Notes: a model not told the origin generated them from the sequence alone. 64,000 nt of DNA from the human T2T-CHM13v2.0 reference genome, Homo sapiens (GCF_009914755.1 NC_060937.1), one strand, 5' to 3'; counted from the first letter of the stretch, positions 14,124 to 31,926 are shown. Program-made: numbers and translations.

Positions 14124-14910
14124 TCAGGGGCTCTGAGTCAAGTAAGTATTCCACCCCATATGCTTTCTGGTGCCTTTGGAACTGACAGCACCCTCTAATT
14201 AAAGGCAGTGGGTGGCGTGATGACAGGATTAGTATCAGTGTCTGGCTTCCCTAAGGACCAGGGAACACTGTGACCCAAGTTTTCCCATCTGTGTAATGGG
14301 ATTTTTCATATGTTTACATATCTAGGGGTAAAATCTAAATGGGGGTGGTGCTTAATTTCTCTGGCTTGCATATGCTCTACCTGTTTCAGGAAAATCGTAG
14401 AGAGGAGTCCTACAGGAAGTGTGTGACTGTTTCGCTTCATTGAAAATATAGGGTGCTATGGCTTTAAATACATTGGTATTCTGCCCCTGGCTTCACTGCA
14501 GAATGAACAACAATGATGTTCTGCTGAACATCAATTCCAGACGTTTTAGAAAGGGCTCAGCAGTTTCGTGAGAATGAAGCTGTATTACTCAAGTGTAATG
14601 AGCCAAAAACATCTTGTTTTTATGCAGCACTAGTACAGACCCATGCCCTGGACCTGTAAGTGCCTTTTCTGTTCATTGTAGGCTTAGAGGGCACAGGGTA
14701 TTCACTCAGCCTTATCAGCACAAGTGTGAAAGGAACATTCTGGCTCAGAGAATTGAGTTGAAATGAGTATCAGGGACACAGCTTTTGCCAACTAATTATG
14801 GACTGAATATTCAATCCAGGTTTGCAATGTGCTGCTACCGAGTGCCTGCCCCACCAAGAAAAGGGTTTAAAAATGGTCAACTCAGAGTAAATTATTTTAC
14901 AAATCCAATA

Positions 14911-14916
14911 TTTATT
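14911..14916 (-). terminator. Distal polyadenylation signal AATAAA of NALCN
   Basis: tttatt on the + strand, with a UGUA element 9-16 nt upstream in the mRNA. Confidence 0.8.
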
Positions 14917-15605
14917 TTATCTTGTATGTACAAAAAGTAAACTCCAAGTGAACATCAAATCAAATCTAATCCTTTTGGCCACATGACTGGTTGTTCTTTA
15001 TCTCATAGTTACAATGAATCATATAAACTGTAGACTGCCACTACCACGATACTTCTGTGACACAGAAGGAATGTCCTATTTGCCTATCTATCTGAGGAAT
15101 GTTAAATAGAGAAAAATAGATTATAAAACAACCTGGAGGTCACAGGATTCTGAGATAATCCCTCTGTTAAAAAACATCTGAACAGCAAATGTCCAATCTG
15201 TAATAAAATAGTTAAAGGTCCAAGTCAAGTCCACTTCTACTTGGCTGGCCCAGCACAAGAAATCTAACAGCACTTTGTAATCATTTTGCTTTTCTAATTT
15301 TCCCGGAGGACATGGGCCATTGACATATAAGGAAAAAAAACAAAAACAAAAAACGATTAAGTAAGTTGTGTGATCCCTAACCTGTGAGTTCAAAGGAAGA
15401 TTTTGCAGGGCACCATTATTTCCATAGAAGATTCTTTTAACAGAGATGTCATTTCAAATCTAACGTAGCAATGGTGTGTTAGGATCACCCAGAATGAAAT
15501 GACTCTGCTGATTTATGGCAAAACAGACATACCTTGGGTAAGAAATGAAGCCAATGATAACATCACACATGCAAAGATTTTTTTAAATAAATTGAGCTAT
15601 ATAGT

Positions 15606-15611
15606 TTTATT
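15606..15611 (-). terminator. Candidate proximal polyadenylation signal AATAAA
   Basis: tttatt on the + strand; UG-rich sequence (TGTGTGATGTT) ~35-45 nt downstream in the mRNA. Confidence 0.4.
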
Positions 15612-16410
15612 CTTTTTGCTAAACTCAGTTATTAAAAGGTTTCTTAAGAAACTTAACATCTTTGCGCAACTATGTCACTCAAGTGATTTATCTACAGGTT
15701 TGTTTTAAACCGCTAAGCATCCTGAGTCCATTTCTTTGCCTGGTGCTTGCACACACAATTTTCTTAGAAGGAGGCAACAGTTTCATTAACATAACTGAGG
15801 ACAGAAATCAACTTGTTCTGGTCACCAAATGTCTTGTGTATATTTAAAAATATAACACGAGAAAAAGAAGATACTTTTTAAAATTCAGAATCTGTAGTTT
15901 GTAAAACTACTATCATTTTAGCATAAGTTCAGTGCTGACCTTTTCAGATCAATCATAAATAATAAATTCTCTCAAGAGAAATATTTCTAGTGGAAATGGG
16001 AAAGATGTGAACTAAAGCTATAACCCCTGTACCCTAAATATCAGCCACTTTGGGCTTAGCACTCTTTTGCGGGGCGGTGATAATACTGCATTAGAGCACA
16101 TATGAATATATACCTTAGTTTACGCAGACAGAATATATGACATTTTTAAGTGATATACATTTGCTTGCGGTATCATTTCTAATATTATCAGTACTGTCAT
16201 TATACAAAAATTTTTTTGAGCAATGATTGATAGTAACCCATCATACATGCAGCTTATGCCTTTCTGTGGCAGGATGAAAATCAATTTATAAACATCTTGT
16301 GACAAGCTGGAATTCAGTTATAGATCAATTACAGATTGCTCACTGGACAATCAAGGACATTATTAGAAAACGGTTTCCACCACTAGAAATTCATCTACAT
16401 TGACATCCAC

Positions 16411-16644
<234 letters not shown>

Positions 16645-17039
16645 TCACCCTATTGTAATCACTCCTAAAAACCCATGATATTCCCATCAGTGATACTTTT
16701 GGCTAACGTGTCCTAGCCACAGATGCTAAGTAAACATCCTTTTCAGGACTTGATTCTTTATGTTCACGATAGATTTTTTTTTTAATTGTGCTCATGGACA
16801 ACTAATGATGTCATTTGGGAAAAAAACGTGCTGCTCACCCCTTTCATTTTGAAATAATTAAAAAAACTAGAAAATCACTAAAAAAATTCCAATTCGGGAA
16901 CTATTAAGTGTCACAGAAACCTGTGCATTCATTAGCATATGCAATAAAAAAAACAAAAAGGAAGGAGAGTGTGACCCACAGTAAAGGCGAGGGGGGATGC
17001 AGTGAGGGTATGGGAGGAAAGGTGTGGTTCTGGGGCCTC

Positions 17040-17220
17040 ACAGTCATGGTGTTGGGACCCACCTCTGCAACCTATGGATATGTAGCTATGGGCAACTTCA
17101 CGTCTCTGAACCCAAGTTTCCTCCATTGTAAGATGAAGACAATGAAAATGTCCTAATTAGACTATTGTCAGGATTAAAACAGGTTACATGAGATGACTTA
17201 GGAAAGTGCATAGCATGACA
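17040..17220 (+). mobile_element. MIR fragment
   Basis: gggcaacttcacgtctctgaacccaagtttcctccattgtaagatga core. Confidence 0.6.
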
Positions 17221-17342
17221 CCTGTGACATTGTTGCTGCCCCCTCAAAATACTATTTTTCTTCTCCTCTGCCTCCTCAAACTCAGCCTGACCCCAAGAGC
17301 ATGTCTATTTCACGATCACCGTTTTTGGTGGGGACCACCTAG

Positions 17343-17678
<336 letters not shown>

Positions 17679-18810
17679 CAATGGAAGTACTTTTGACAGC
17701 ATCATTTCTTTTGTCCATTTAAATGAATACCAAGGACTGTGCATTCTCCCCAGGTCACCTCTCCTATCTGTCCCTGCAGTATCTGGCCCCCAGCTCTGTC
17801 CATGCCTTTGTTGCCTTGTGCTCACACCACGGTAACTTCCTCCAGCTTGTAACCTGCCTCCAGGCTCTGTCATAGACAATTCCCTCCTTTGCTGCCAAGT
17901 CAACTTCCTAAAGCACAGATTCCAAAAGTCACATACTGCTCAGAAATCTTTGCTAGCTCCTAATTGCCTACAGGATAAAATTGAACCGACTCAGCTTGTA
18001 ATTTATGACCTGGCACCACCATCTACGTTGTCTTGATGCTGTCATTCTCTGCTGTGTTTGAATCAGGAGGAACCTAGATCTTCTCTGATCTCTGAAAAAT
18101 AAGTTCCTGGATATGAAAGGGGATACTTTCCTTGGTGGTAGTCCCAGTGAAGACCCACTGAACATCGTCAGCCTCAAAATGTAAGCTGTGCTGTCATCTG
18201 CTTTGTGGAACACATATGCTACACATCTTCTCCTTTCAATTGGGCTGAAGTTGGGGCACAGTTAAAGAGCATTATAAAGCTCCTGCTTTAGCATGAACTT
18301 AGTTATCTATAGAAAAAAACATGTACAAGGACACTGGGCTGTGGGGAGCATTGCTCTCCCTCCATTCCTGAGTGCTCTTAATGGGATTATCCTGGCTTTC
18401 CAAAACCCTATAGAGAAGAAGCTCATAGAAGAAAATTCTCTTACTGAATCAGTAAAATATGGAAAATAATGGGACTGTTTATTAAAGGATTGAATGAGAG
18501 AACACAAGTAATGCACTTAGAAGAGTGACTGGCATACAGTGAGTACTACGTAAGTGTTTGTTGTTGTTGTTTGTTATTGTATGGAGGTAAAGCAGCTTGC
18601 CTAAAGCCAGTGACCGGCTCAGCTGCAAAGTGTGCTGAGAGAAATCGGGGGCCTGTCCCTTTTTTGAGAACTTCGTGGCATTTTCTGAATGATTGCATCT
18701 GCCCACTCCCTCTTCAGTTGAATACTTTTGCCCATGTTTGAGCATGCCTTGAGGCACACAGAAAGCCCTTGGAAATTTCTCCCTCTTTCTGAATCTTGTC
18801 TTTTTCATAG

Positions 18811-20405
<1,595 letters not shown>

Positions 20406-20868
20406 CAATTGTCCTGAATTCCATATGTTCTTCTGATACCCAACCAGGAAAGGATATATCTTCAATGAGTCTGATTATTTAAGGAGGTTGAAAGCTAATT
20501 ACAAACATTTTCACTGATTTTACTGCAAATTTCTATGACTTTAGAGAAGGGAGGAAAATATTTAGGGCAGAGCTTCCTGTAAACCATACTCCATGTAATA
20601 TACCCAGATTCAAATGCAGCCCTTAGAGCTGATGTTAACTCTTTAGACAAAAATAAAACTACAGAATTATGAAGTTCAGGGCATTCACTTTTTTTGGCAT
20701 TCATATGAGTCAGACTCTTTTTAAATAACCTCAACTGCATCCAAGATGGCAAAGACATAGACATAATCTGGATCAATGGATTTCCGTTGCCTTTTTTTTT
20801 TTTAATGAAAATATTCCTATTAGAAATATTGTCACCTTGTTTGAATGATCTGACCAGCACCCATTTTA

Positions 20869-21084
<216 letters not shown>

Positions 21085-21392
21085 CTATGGAAATGCGATT
21101 GTTTGTTCAGTAAAATAAGCCCAGCATCCTGCCTGCCCCACCGCCACACAAATCTTATTTTCTTCTCCCCTCTCCTAAGACCTGCATGACGGGTGACCTC
21201 TTAGGAATTTCCAAGTAAGGATCCTGAACTAATTTCAATGTTCAATTAAGGTAGGCTGATGCAAAGGTGGGCTTAGAGAGGTATGCATTGACTTCCCAGT
21301 CCATTTTCATTTGTGTAACAATCAGAATAGTGACGGTCATTGATGCTTGTATTTTATTTATTTGTTTTTCTTTTTGTTGTTGGTGTTTTCTG

Positions 21393-21561
21393 TTTTTTTT
21401 TTTTTTTTTTTAGATAGGATCTCACTATGTCCCGTAGACTAGAGTTCAGTGGTGCGATTATTATAGCTCACTGTAACCTTAAACTCCTAGGCTCAAGCTA
21501 TGCTCCTGCCTCAGCCTCCTGAGAAGCTGAGACTAAAAGTGTGCATGACTGTGGCTGGCTA

Positions 21562-21592
<31 letters not shown>

Positions 21593-21709
21593 CAGAGAGG
21601 AGGTCTCACTCTGTTGCCCAAGCTAGTTTCAAACTTCTGGTCTTAAGCGATCCTCCCGCCTCAGTTTCCCAATGTGCTGGGATTACAGGCATGAGACACT
21701 GTGCCCAGC
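21393..21709 (-). mobile_element. AluJ with an expanded middle A-tract
   Basis: atagctcactgtaaccttaaactcctaggctcaag (J-type); ~25-nt T run at ~21568-21592. Confidence 0.88.
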
Positions 21710-22504
21710 TTATGTCTTATTTAAAATTACTAATGTGGCTATTCTATTTTTTCTCCTCTTATTTTATTCTAGGCTCATTAAGCCAATACAATCCCAACCC
21801 CTTTCCCACTTTCCTGCAAGTTGTAAGAGGCAAAGAGCCTTGGGTGGATGAGAAAACCTTTGTGCTTGTCTTGGTTCTGAAGTTTTCAGGTCAATCCAGG
21901 AGACCAATCTGTCTCGGCATATACTAAAGCCAGGACTCCTTGTGCCCTCTCAGAGCCAGAGGAGGACAGATTGATCCCTGGAGCTAACATAGCTACAGTG
22001 GCCAGCAGTGATGGGACATCACTGGGCAGCTGGCCTTGCTATAGGAGGTTGAGTTGTATCTTTTCTCTGGGAACCTTTTCTCCTCCAATAGAAATACATG
22101 TGTCTGCAATTGACGTTGTTGCTCTGAGGAAGAGGATTGAAACAATCTCTGTTATATATAAATGTTTAGTGATTGCTTTGGGTTTTTTCCCTGTCTGTGA
22201 AACATGCCAAAAGCATTCATAAAAGTAATTATCTCATAGAAACATTCACTGTAAATACAGTATATGTCAATGCAGTATACATTCATTAATTTATGAGTTA
22301 GAGAATCTTATAGGCTTATAAGTCAGGAAGCAGGAAACATCATTAATCTTGAGAGGTGGTCTTTTCAGAATAAATGACATTATCACAGTTTGTTGAAATT
22401 TTTAGCAGCAATTTAAAGTAGTTTTGCAAATTCAATATGTGGAAAATTCTAGAATTTTGAACAGTTGAGTTTAATAAATGGACATCATATTTTAATATCA
22501 ATAA

Positions 22505-22805
<301 letters not shown>

Positions 22806-23026
22806 AATAAACTGCTTTTTAAGCCTTCATGTCATATTATAAAAATGGGATTCCATGGAAACTCCTAATGGACTCTGCTAAAGAGGGCAGGGCTGACTGT
22901 GGACTAGAGTGAAAGTCTGCATCATGATCTGACCACTGTAAGTGGAGGTAGTGGACATAGTTTAAAGGGATAGAAGGCTGATCACAGAAGGAGCTAATCC
23001 CATGTTCACGAAGCTCTTTTCTTTCA

Positions 23027-23296
<270 letters not shown>

Positions 23297-23726
23297 TTAG
23301 ATACGTCAAAATCCAGAGAGGACATCACTCAGTCTAATAAGTCTAGTGTTTTGACGCCACCCCTCGCCACCCGCATGTCTTGGGCTGGTCCTGTCACCTC
23401 TCTGTGTCTCCCTTCCCTCGTCTGTAAAACAAAGATGATAGATAGTCCTGGTAACTCCTTTATTTAATGACTAAGTGAGTTAATATCTGTGAGGCTCTTA
23501 TAGTAGTAAGTGCCATCTAAGTGCCTGTAAAGCAAAAGATCCAGGCTAGGAAAAGGCTCGCGACTTTCTCTGCAGAAGGAAGACCGCACCTCCCATACTT
23601 TCTTCACACTTAGCCCCCCGAGGTGATGGTTAATATGCTCGGCTGTGCGTCACACATCCCTACTCCCTGCATCCCACTTCCCTCTCTGTTTCTCTCATTC
23701 ATCCTTCTGTATCTTCCTTATTAATT

Positions 23727-24024
<298 letters not shown>

Positions 24025-24989
24025 TTCCTTATTAATTTCAGAGGCTACCAAACAAACCCAGGGTTGAATATCCACTCCCATTTAACCCTTGACACACAGC
24101 AGGCCCATGCAGTTGTAGGTAAAGCCAACACAGCATTACAGTTCATGGGGCAATAAGGCAGCTCCCAGGATGCCTGGACTGAGCAGTCCACCACCAGAGG
24201 AGAAGACAGCCCCTCTTGGCAGTGTGATGCACCCAGGTGTAGCCACAGGATTCCAGGTTATGGCTCAGACCCATGCACCCTGGTGCACCTGTGAGCTACC
24301 CACTTCTGTGAGCTCAGTTCCATCCTAGAGCCCAAATCACAGCCTGGAGGCTCTTGAGAGCACTGGTACATTGGGCTTCTCTTTGCTAAATCTCTTCCCA
24401 CCACAGAGGGAAAAAAAATGAATTTTCTCTTCCTCTCTTCCCTGACTCATCAAGAATCCCATCAAAGCTTCATTGCTTTTATCTTCACTGTTTGTTTTTA
24501 TCATATACTGGGCTAGGGGAATAAATAGGAAGGGGAGAGACAGCCCCATCACAGATTTTGCCTGGGTCTATTTTTATTAGATACATCGGTGTGTTCCAAA
24601 GAGGCTGAATATTAATTATTAATGACAACAGTATGCCTATCTGCCTCATGTCAACCAAAAAAATTTGCCACTAGGAGGAAAGACTCAGAAACATTCTGAC
24701 AGAGATGACCTCCTTTGTGATTCACATGCATTTCTCCGTCCCATGTTTTTCTGCTTTTTAGCTTGTTGGTGGAAGAACTGGATAGTGGGAGGTGAAATTG
24801 ATAACTTGAGAGAACTTTTCCCAGATTCTTCCTGTGCTGATCTGATCCTTTTTTTTTTTCAGCTTCTGGCCACAAGCATATTTCTGTACACCTGAGTTCT
24901 CCTGAAATTTGAGACACAACACAATATCCCACACACTCCTTGTAGGTACTGCTATGTGATTAAAATAGCTACTGCTAGTCAGTCGCTCT

Positions 24990-25478
24990 TATTTTTTTCT
25001 GTGGCATGGACCCCTGTGGCAGTGGAGCTTATGGGACATTTCTTGAAATAATGCTTTAAATGCACGGAATGAAATACACCGTATTACAAAGGAAACCAAT
25101 TATATTAAAATACAATTCTCAAATTTACTTTAAAACGGCAGTGATAAAGTAACATAAGTAAGTGCTTCCTTTATTATTCCATTAAATAATACCATCTAGC
25201 AGAGCTCAAATGACTACCATAACTCAGAAGCACTGGTGAGCATAAATGATATTTTAAGATGTCAGTCAAGGCAGTCAGTTATGTCATCTGAAAATATCTA
25301 TGATTTCTCCTGGTAACAAAGACATGGATATTGCTAATGCGACTGTGGTTTGTTGCCTACGTTCATCATGGAAGAGAATGACACATTTCAAAGAGTGATT
25401 AGTGAAAATAAAGATGTAATTGTTTCCCCCTTGCAAGTCCATGGGCCTCTGTTTTATCCATGGACTCCTGCTTAAGAA
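24990..25478. mobile_element. hAT-Charlie-type DNA transposon relic
   Basis: tattacaaaggaaaccaattatatt...actgtggtttgttgcctac...ttagtgaaaataaagatgtaatt motifs; family recognised by eye. Confidence 0.5.
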
Positions 25479-25480
25479 GC

Positions 25481-25681
25481 TGTTATGGGTTAAATGTTTC
25501 CTCCCAAAAAAAGATATGTTGGAGTCCTAACCTCTAGTACCTCAGAACGTAAGGTTATTTGGAAATAGAACATTGCAGATGTAATTAGTAATTAAGTTAA
25601 AATGAGATCACAGTGGAGTAGAATGGACTCCTAATGTAATACGACAGATGTTCTTATAAAAGGAGGAATTTGAACATAGAT

Positions 25682-25713
<32 letters not shown>

Positions 25714-25967
25714 AATGCCATGTGAAGATGAAGGGAGACCAAGCTGATGCTTCTACAAGCCAAGGAATGACCAACATTGGCAGCGCACCTCCAGCAGCCA
25801 GGGGAGAGGCTAGGCTAGATTCTCCCTCACAGGCCTCAGAAGGAATCAGCCCCGCAATACCTCCATCTCGGGCTTCCAGCATCCAGGACTTCGAGACCAT
25901 ACCTTTCTGTTGTTTAAATCCCTCAGCTTAAGGTGCTAAGTTACAGTAGCCCAAGGAAACAAATACA
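25481..25967 (+). mobile_element. MLT1C-like solo LTR with internal (CA)n at ~25682-25708
   Basis: tgttatgggtt...ggaaacaaataca; TSD gaagc/gaagt. Confidence 0.85.
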
Positions 25968-26287
25968 GAAGTCTCCCAGGAAGAAGAAAAGGCAGAGACT
26001 CCATTTGACCCTCTGTCCTGTCTGGGCGCTCATGAAATGTCTGGAAAATCTGGTGTTTTAGCCAACGGGGCAACCATCACAGAGCAGGCCAGGCAAATTC
26101 TCATCAGACCCATGCAAGTGAGGTGCTCTGCATGTTAGTCCCAGCTTTGCCAGAGCCCTGTAACCGCAAGCAAGTCACTCAGCTCTTCTGGGCAGTTCCC
26201 GCATCACAGGGAAGGGGTGGGACTGTGCTCTCCCAGATCCCTTCCACCTCTCCCCTCGGGGTGCACCTCAGTGGGCAGGGGTCCCTA

Positions 26288-26743
<456 letters not shown>

Positions 26744-27169
26744 TCAAAAGAAAAAAAAAAAGGTGCTATTTCTCAAAAGCTAGCATAATTAGCACCAGAT
26801 GTGAAGAAAGCTGGTCACCTCCTTGGAGCCTGGTAGAATTAAGTGCACTAAGAAGAGCAGAGGATAGAAAACTGAGTGATAAATTTCTGCTGGTGCTTCT
26901 CTTTCTGGGATGTCACCACATTGCAGCATTTGGAGTGAGGCATGGGAAGCTCCCCTTCAGCCCCCCAGGACCCTACTCTTGCTCTCACCAGGCTGATGCT
27001 TGCATAGCCTGTCCCACAGACGCCACCTCCAACACATGCACTGAGTGGGCCATAATGTACTCACACAAGGTAATGGACAAGACACACACGTGTAATCCTC
27101 CTCTTCACTCAATCGGGATGCTAGGAACGTCTCAATGTTTATTACATGTTTTTCTACCATTAAAAGATA

Positions 27170-27447
27170 ACTCGTGTTGGATCATGCCTGTAATCTCAGC
27201 ACTTTGGGAGGCCGAGGCGGGTGGATCACCTGAGGTCAGGAGTTCGAGACCAGCCTGGCCAGCATGATGAAGCCCAGTCTCTACTAAAAATAAAAAAATT
27301 ACCCGGACATAGTGGTACATGCCTGTAGTCCCAGCTATTTGGGAGGCTGAGGCTGGGGAATCACTTGAACCCAGGAAGCAGAGGTTGCACCACTGCATTC
27401 CAGCCTGGAGACAGAGTGGGACTCCATCTCAAAAAAAAAAAAAAAAA
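27170..27447 (+). mobile_element. AluS with a small right-arm deletion
   Basis: gatcacctgaggtcaggagttcgagacc...gaggttgca^ccactgcattcc, then A-run. Confidence 0.9.
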
Positions 27448-28129
27448 GAGCTAACTAACTCCTTTTCATGTCTTCTTCAGGATTAGAAAAACTATATACA
27501 AGAGAATTAGGCCTTCAGCTCTGCCCTCTTCTGGGGTCAGAACTGATCCAGACACTGAGAATCTAAGATGTGTTGCTACCTTCCATGCAACACAAACCAC
27601 CATGCCCCCTGGCTGTATCTTTGAATGAAAGTGCTGGGCGGAACACTGGCGACCATGACTGCCTGCCAGTTACTGACATCTCGGTGTGCAGGGCAGTGGG
27701 TCTTCATGTGTGTATTGCATGAAAGCAGGTTCCCGTGGGTGACAGTTACAGAGAGACAGGTGGATCCTGAGGAGCTGAGAGTGAGCTCAGATGCCCTGCA
27801 CGCAGGGCTCTCACTACCTTGAAAGGAAAGCCCTCAAGACTGAAGCCTGGGCGGGCAGGGGTACCAAGAAGAGGGAGCAAATTGGGGTGAGTGCACTGCC
27901 GGAGCCCCTCATTTATGATGCCCAGGCTGGCTTCTTGGTCTTTGTGCCCTTCATCAACTCTTCTTGAACTATTTCCAGATCTCGCCCCAAATACCCTGGC
28001 AGAACTTTCCTTGTTGTTCAGACATGAGGTCCCACAGCACCCCTCAGGCCTCCTTCATGGTCATTCCTGCCGGCGCAGCCCCAACCCCAACTACTGTCTA
28101 TAGTTTTAACTTCTGGAAATACTGCACTA

Positions 28130-28255
28130 TTTATTATTATTTCACTTTTTATTATTTGTCTCCACCTATTAGACTGTAAGCTCTGTGAGTACAGGAGCTG
28201 TTCCATCTTGTTCACTGCTATATCCTCAGTGCCTAGAACTGTGCCTGAGTGTTTG
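28130..28255 (+). mobile_element. L2 3' fragment
   Basis: tagactgtaagctctgtgag...cttgttcactgctatatcctcagtgcctagaactgtgcctg. Confidence 0.75.
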
Positions 28256-28257
28256 CT

Positions 28258-28540
28258 AGGATGAGGAAGAGAGAAGAGGAGAGGGAGGAAGAACAGGAGG
28301 AAGTGGAGAAGGAGGAGGTGGGGGAGGAGAAGGTAGAGGAAGGGGTAGAGGAGGAGGAGGTAGGGGGGAAGATGAGGTGGAAGAGGAGGTGGACGAGGAG
28401 GAGGGGGAAGAGGAGGGGGAAGAGGAGGGGAAGAGGAGGGGGAAGAGGAGGGGGAAGAAGAGGGGGTAGAGGAGGAGGAGTAGGAGGAAGGGAAGGAGGT
28501 GGAGGTTGATGACGACAATGACAAGAAGAGGAAGAGCAGA
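28258..28540. repeat. GA-rich low-complexity tract with GAGGAGGGGGAA units
   Basis: Almost pure purine on the + strand; about five 12-mer units at ~28398-28465. Confidence 0.9.
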
Positions 28541-28700
28541 CTGCAGCTACTTTGGCTAATTTTAAGAAACCTTGGGTAAACTTTATGGTTAAAACATTCA
28601 AGTAGTAACTCAAAAATAATCCAATACACACCTTCAGATGCCACTTAAATAACTCCTTTGTACTTTTAATTGGGATTGCTGCTTGAGTTTGAGGTGATCA

Positions 28701-29174
<474 letters not shown>

Positions 29175-29811
29175 TCAGAAGTTAGACCATTATGCTAATC
29201 TGTCATATTTTAGAAAGAGTAAAACATCTATTATTAATAATGGATTCTATCACCTAAATCATAAGCCAAATTTTTAAAGTGCTTTTAGTATGGTTTCCAA
29301 ATTGGCATGTTTACACTTGGACTAAGCTATTTCTCCAGCTCCTGCCTTTCCAAAACATGAGGGTCGTAAGCACAAACACACATTCTGTGTATAGAGATAG
29401 TCATGCCAGCTGGCTTTAACTCTTAGTTGAGAGTTCCAGGGCCATTTTTAAAGGTCAAATTGAGTTCTGGGTGGGCCCACATCTGGGTAAATAAGGTGTA
29501 CCTTTCAAAAACATAAATGTGATATTTCAAGGCTAGAAAGATAGTCCTCTCTGATATTTGTTCAACTCAATCCATGAGAAGAGCCCTTTTGAAATTAATG
29601 ATCATAATAAATGCTACAACTCTTAAAATTGCAGTCAACTGTCATTTACGTGCCTTTCAAAGGTCTTTTCAGCTTCTGGATTGAGAGACAACAATTTATA
29701 ATTAATGCCATGAAACACCCACCCCAAGAAATCCAGGGTAATTGCTTGAAAATAATACATAATTATCTAAGTACCTGAGTTTAAAGAGTAAAAAGTATCC
29801 AACTAACATCA

Positions 29812-30006
<195 letters not shown>

Positions 30007-31162
30007 TTAGCTGACTATAGTTAATGAATAGATTCCTAAACATATAGCATATAATTAACTTCAAAGTAAGCTTTCAAAAGCCACATACATTGGGTACATC
30101 ATCTGTAGCAGAAATAAAGAAGAATATTTCACTTATGCTATGCTGTTATCTTGTAGAATCCCAAGGTTATTGCCATTTTTAAAAGCACAATGAAAATGAA
30201 CTGATCTCCACTAGATATTCTTTCTGCCACCACCACCAGCCCCAAGTGATAAGTAGCCACTGTGATCAAACTGCAGAAAATCAAATAAAAAGACATTTGC
30301 AAGTTTTTCTCTGACTGAAGTAATGGGTTAAGATTTGGGAATATAGACTCTACAGGTATACCTCGGAGACATTGCAGTTTCAGTTCCAGACTGCTGTGAT
30401 AAAGTGAATATTGCAATAAAGTCCTATGCATGTTTTGGTTTCCCAGTGCACATGCAACTCATGTTTATACCGTACTGTGGCTTATTAAGTGCACAATGGC
30501 ATTATGTCCAAAAAGGTACAGACCTTAATAAAAAGTACTTTTATTGCTAAGAAAAGCTAACAATCATGTGAGCCTTCAGTGAGTTGTAATCTTCTGCTGG
30601 TGGTGGAGGGTCTTGCCTCAATGTTGACAGCTGCTGACTGAGCAGGGTGGTGGCTGCTGAAGGTTGGGGTGGCTGTGGCGATTTCTTAAAACAAGTCAAC
30701 ATGGAAGTTTATCATATCAATTGACTCTTCCTTTCATGAAAGATTTTTCTGCAGCATGTGATGCTGTTTGCTAGCATTTTACCCACAATAGAACTTCTTT
30801 CGAATTTGGAGTCAACCCTCTCAAACCCTGCTGCTGGTTTATCGAGTAATTTTATGTAACATTATAAATCCTTTGTTGTCATTATGACTATGTTCATAGC
30901 ATCTTCTGCAAGAGTAGATTCCATTTCAAGAAACCACTCTGATCATCCATAAGGAGCAATCTTCATTCCTTCAAGTTTGATCAGGAGACTGCAGCAATTC
31001 AGTCGCGTCTTCAGGTTCCATTTCTAATTCTAGTTCTCTTGCTATTTCTACCAACCACATGTGCAGCGACCTCCTTCACTGAAGTCTTGAACCCCTCACA
31101 GTCATCCATAATGGCTGGAATCAACTTCTTCCAAATTCCTGTTAATGTTGATGATATTTTGA

Positions 31163-31493
<331 letters not shown>

Positions 31494-31926
31494 ATGAATG
31501 TTCTTAATGGCATGTAGAATAGTGAATCCTTTCCAGAAGGTTTTCAATATACTTTGCCCAGATCCATCAGAGCAATCACTATCTATGGCAGCTATTAGCC
31601 TTATGAAATCTATTTCTGAAATAATAAGACTTGAAAGTTGAAACGACTTCTTGATCCATGGACAGAATGGATGTTGTGTTAGCAGGCATGAAAACAATGT
31701 TAATCTCCTTATACATCTCCTGATACAGCTCTTGGGTGACCAGGTAGATGCATTGTTAATGAGCAGTACTACTTTGAAAGCAATCTTTTTTTTCTGAGCA
31801 GTAGGTCTCAAGAGTGGGCTTAAATATCCAGCAAACCATGCTGCAAACAGCTATTCTGTCATCCAGGCTTTGTTGTTCCATTTATAGAGCACAGGCAGGG
31901 TAGATTTAGCATAATTCTTAAGAGAC

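Larger units (their letters stand above)
14893..16410 (-). other. NALCN: NALCN 3'UTR (~1.5 kb, AT-rich, no obvious repeats)
   Basis: Lies between the stop codon and the distal AATAAA; cleavage site estimated. Confidence 0.8.

Noticed and set aside
28018-28644. Pro/Ser-rich and Glu/Gly/Arg-rich ORFs
   Set aside because: Artefacts of a stop-poor GA low-complexity tract
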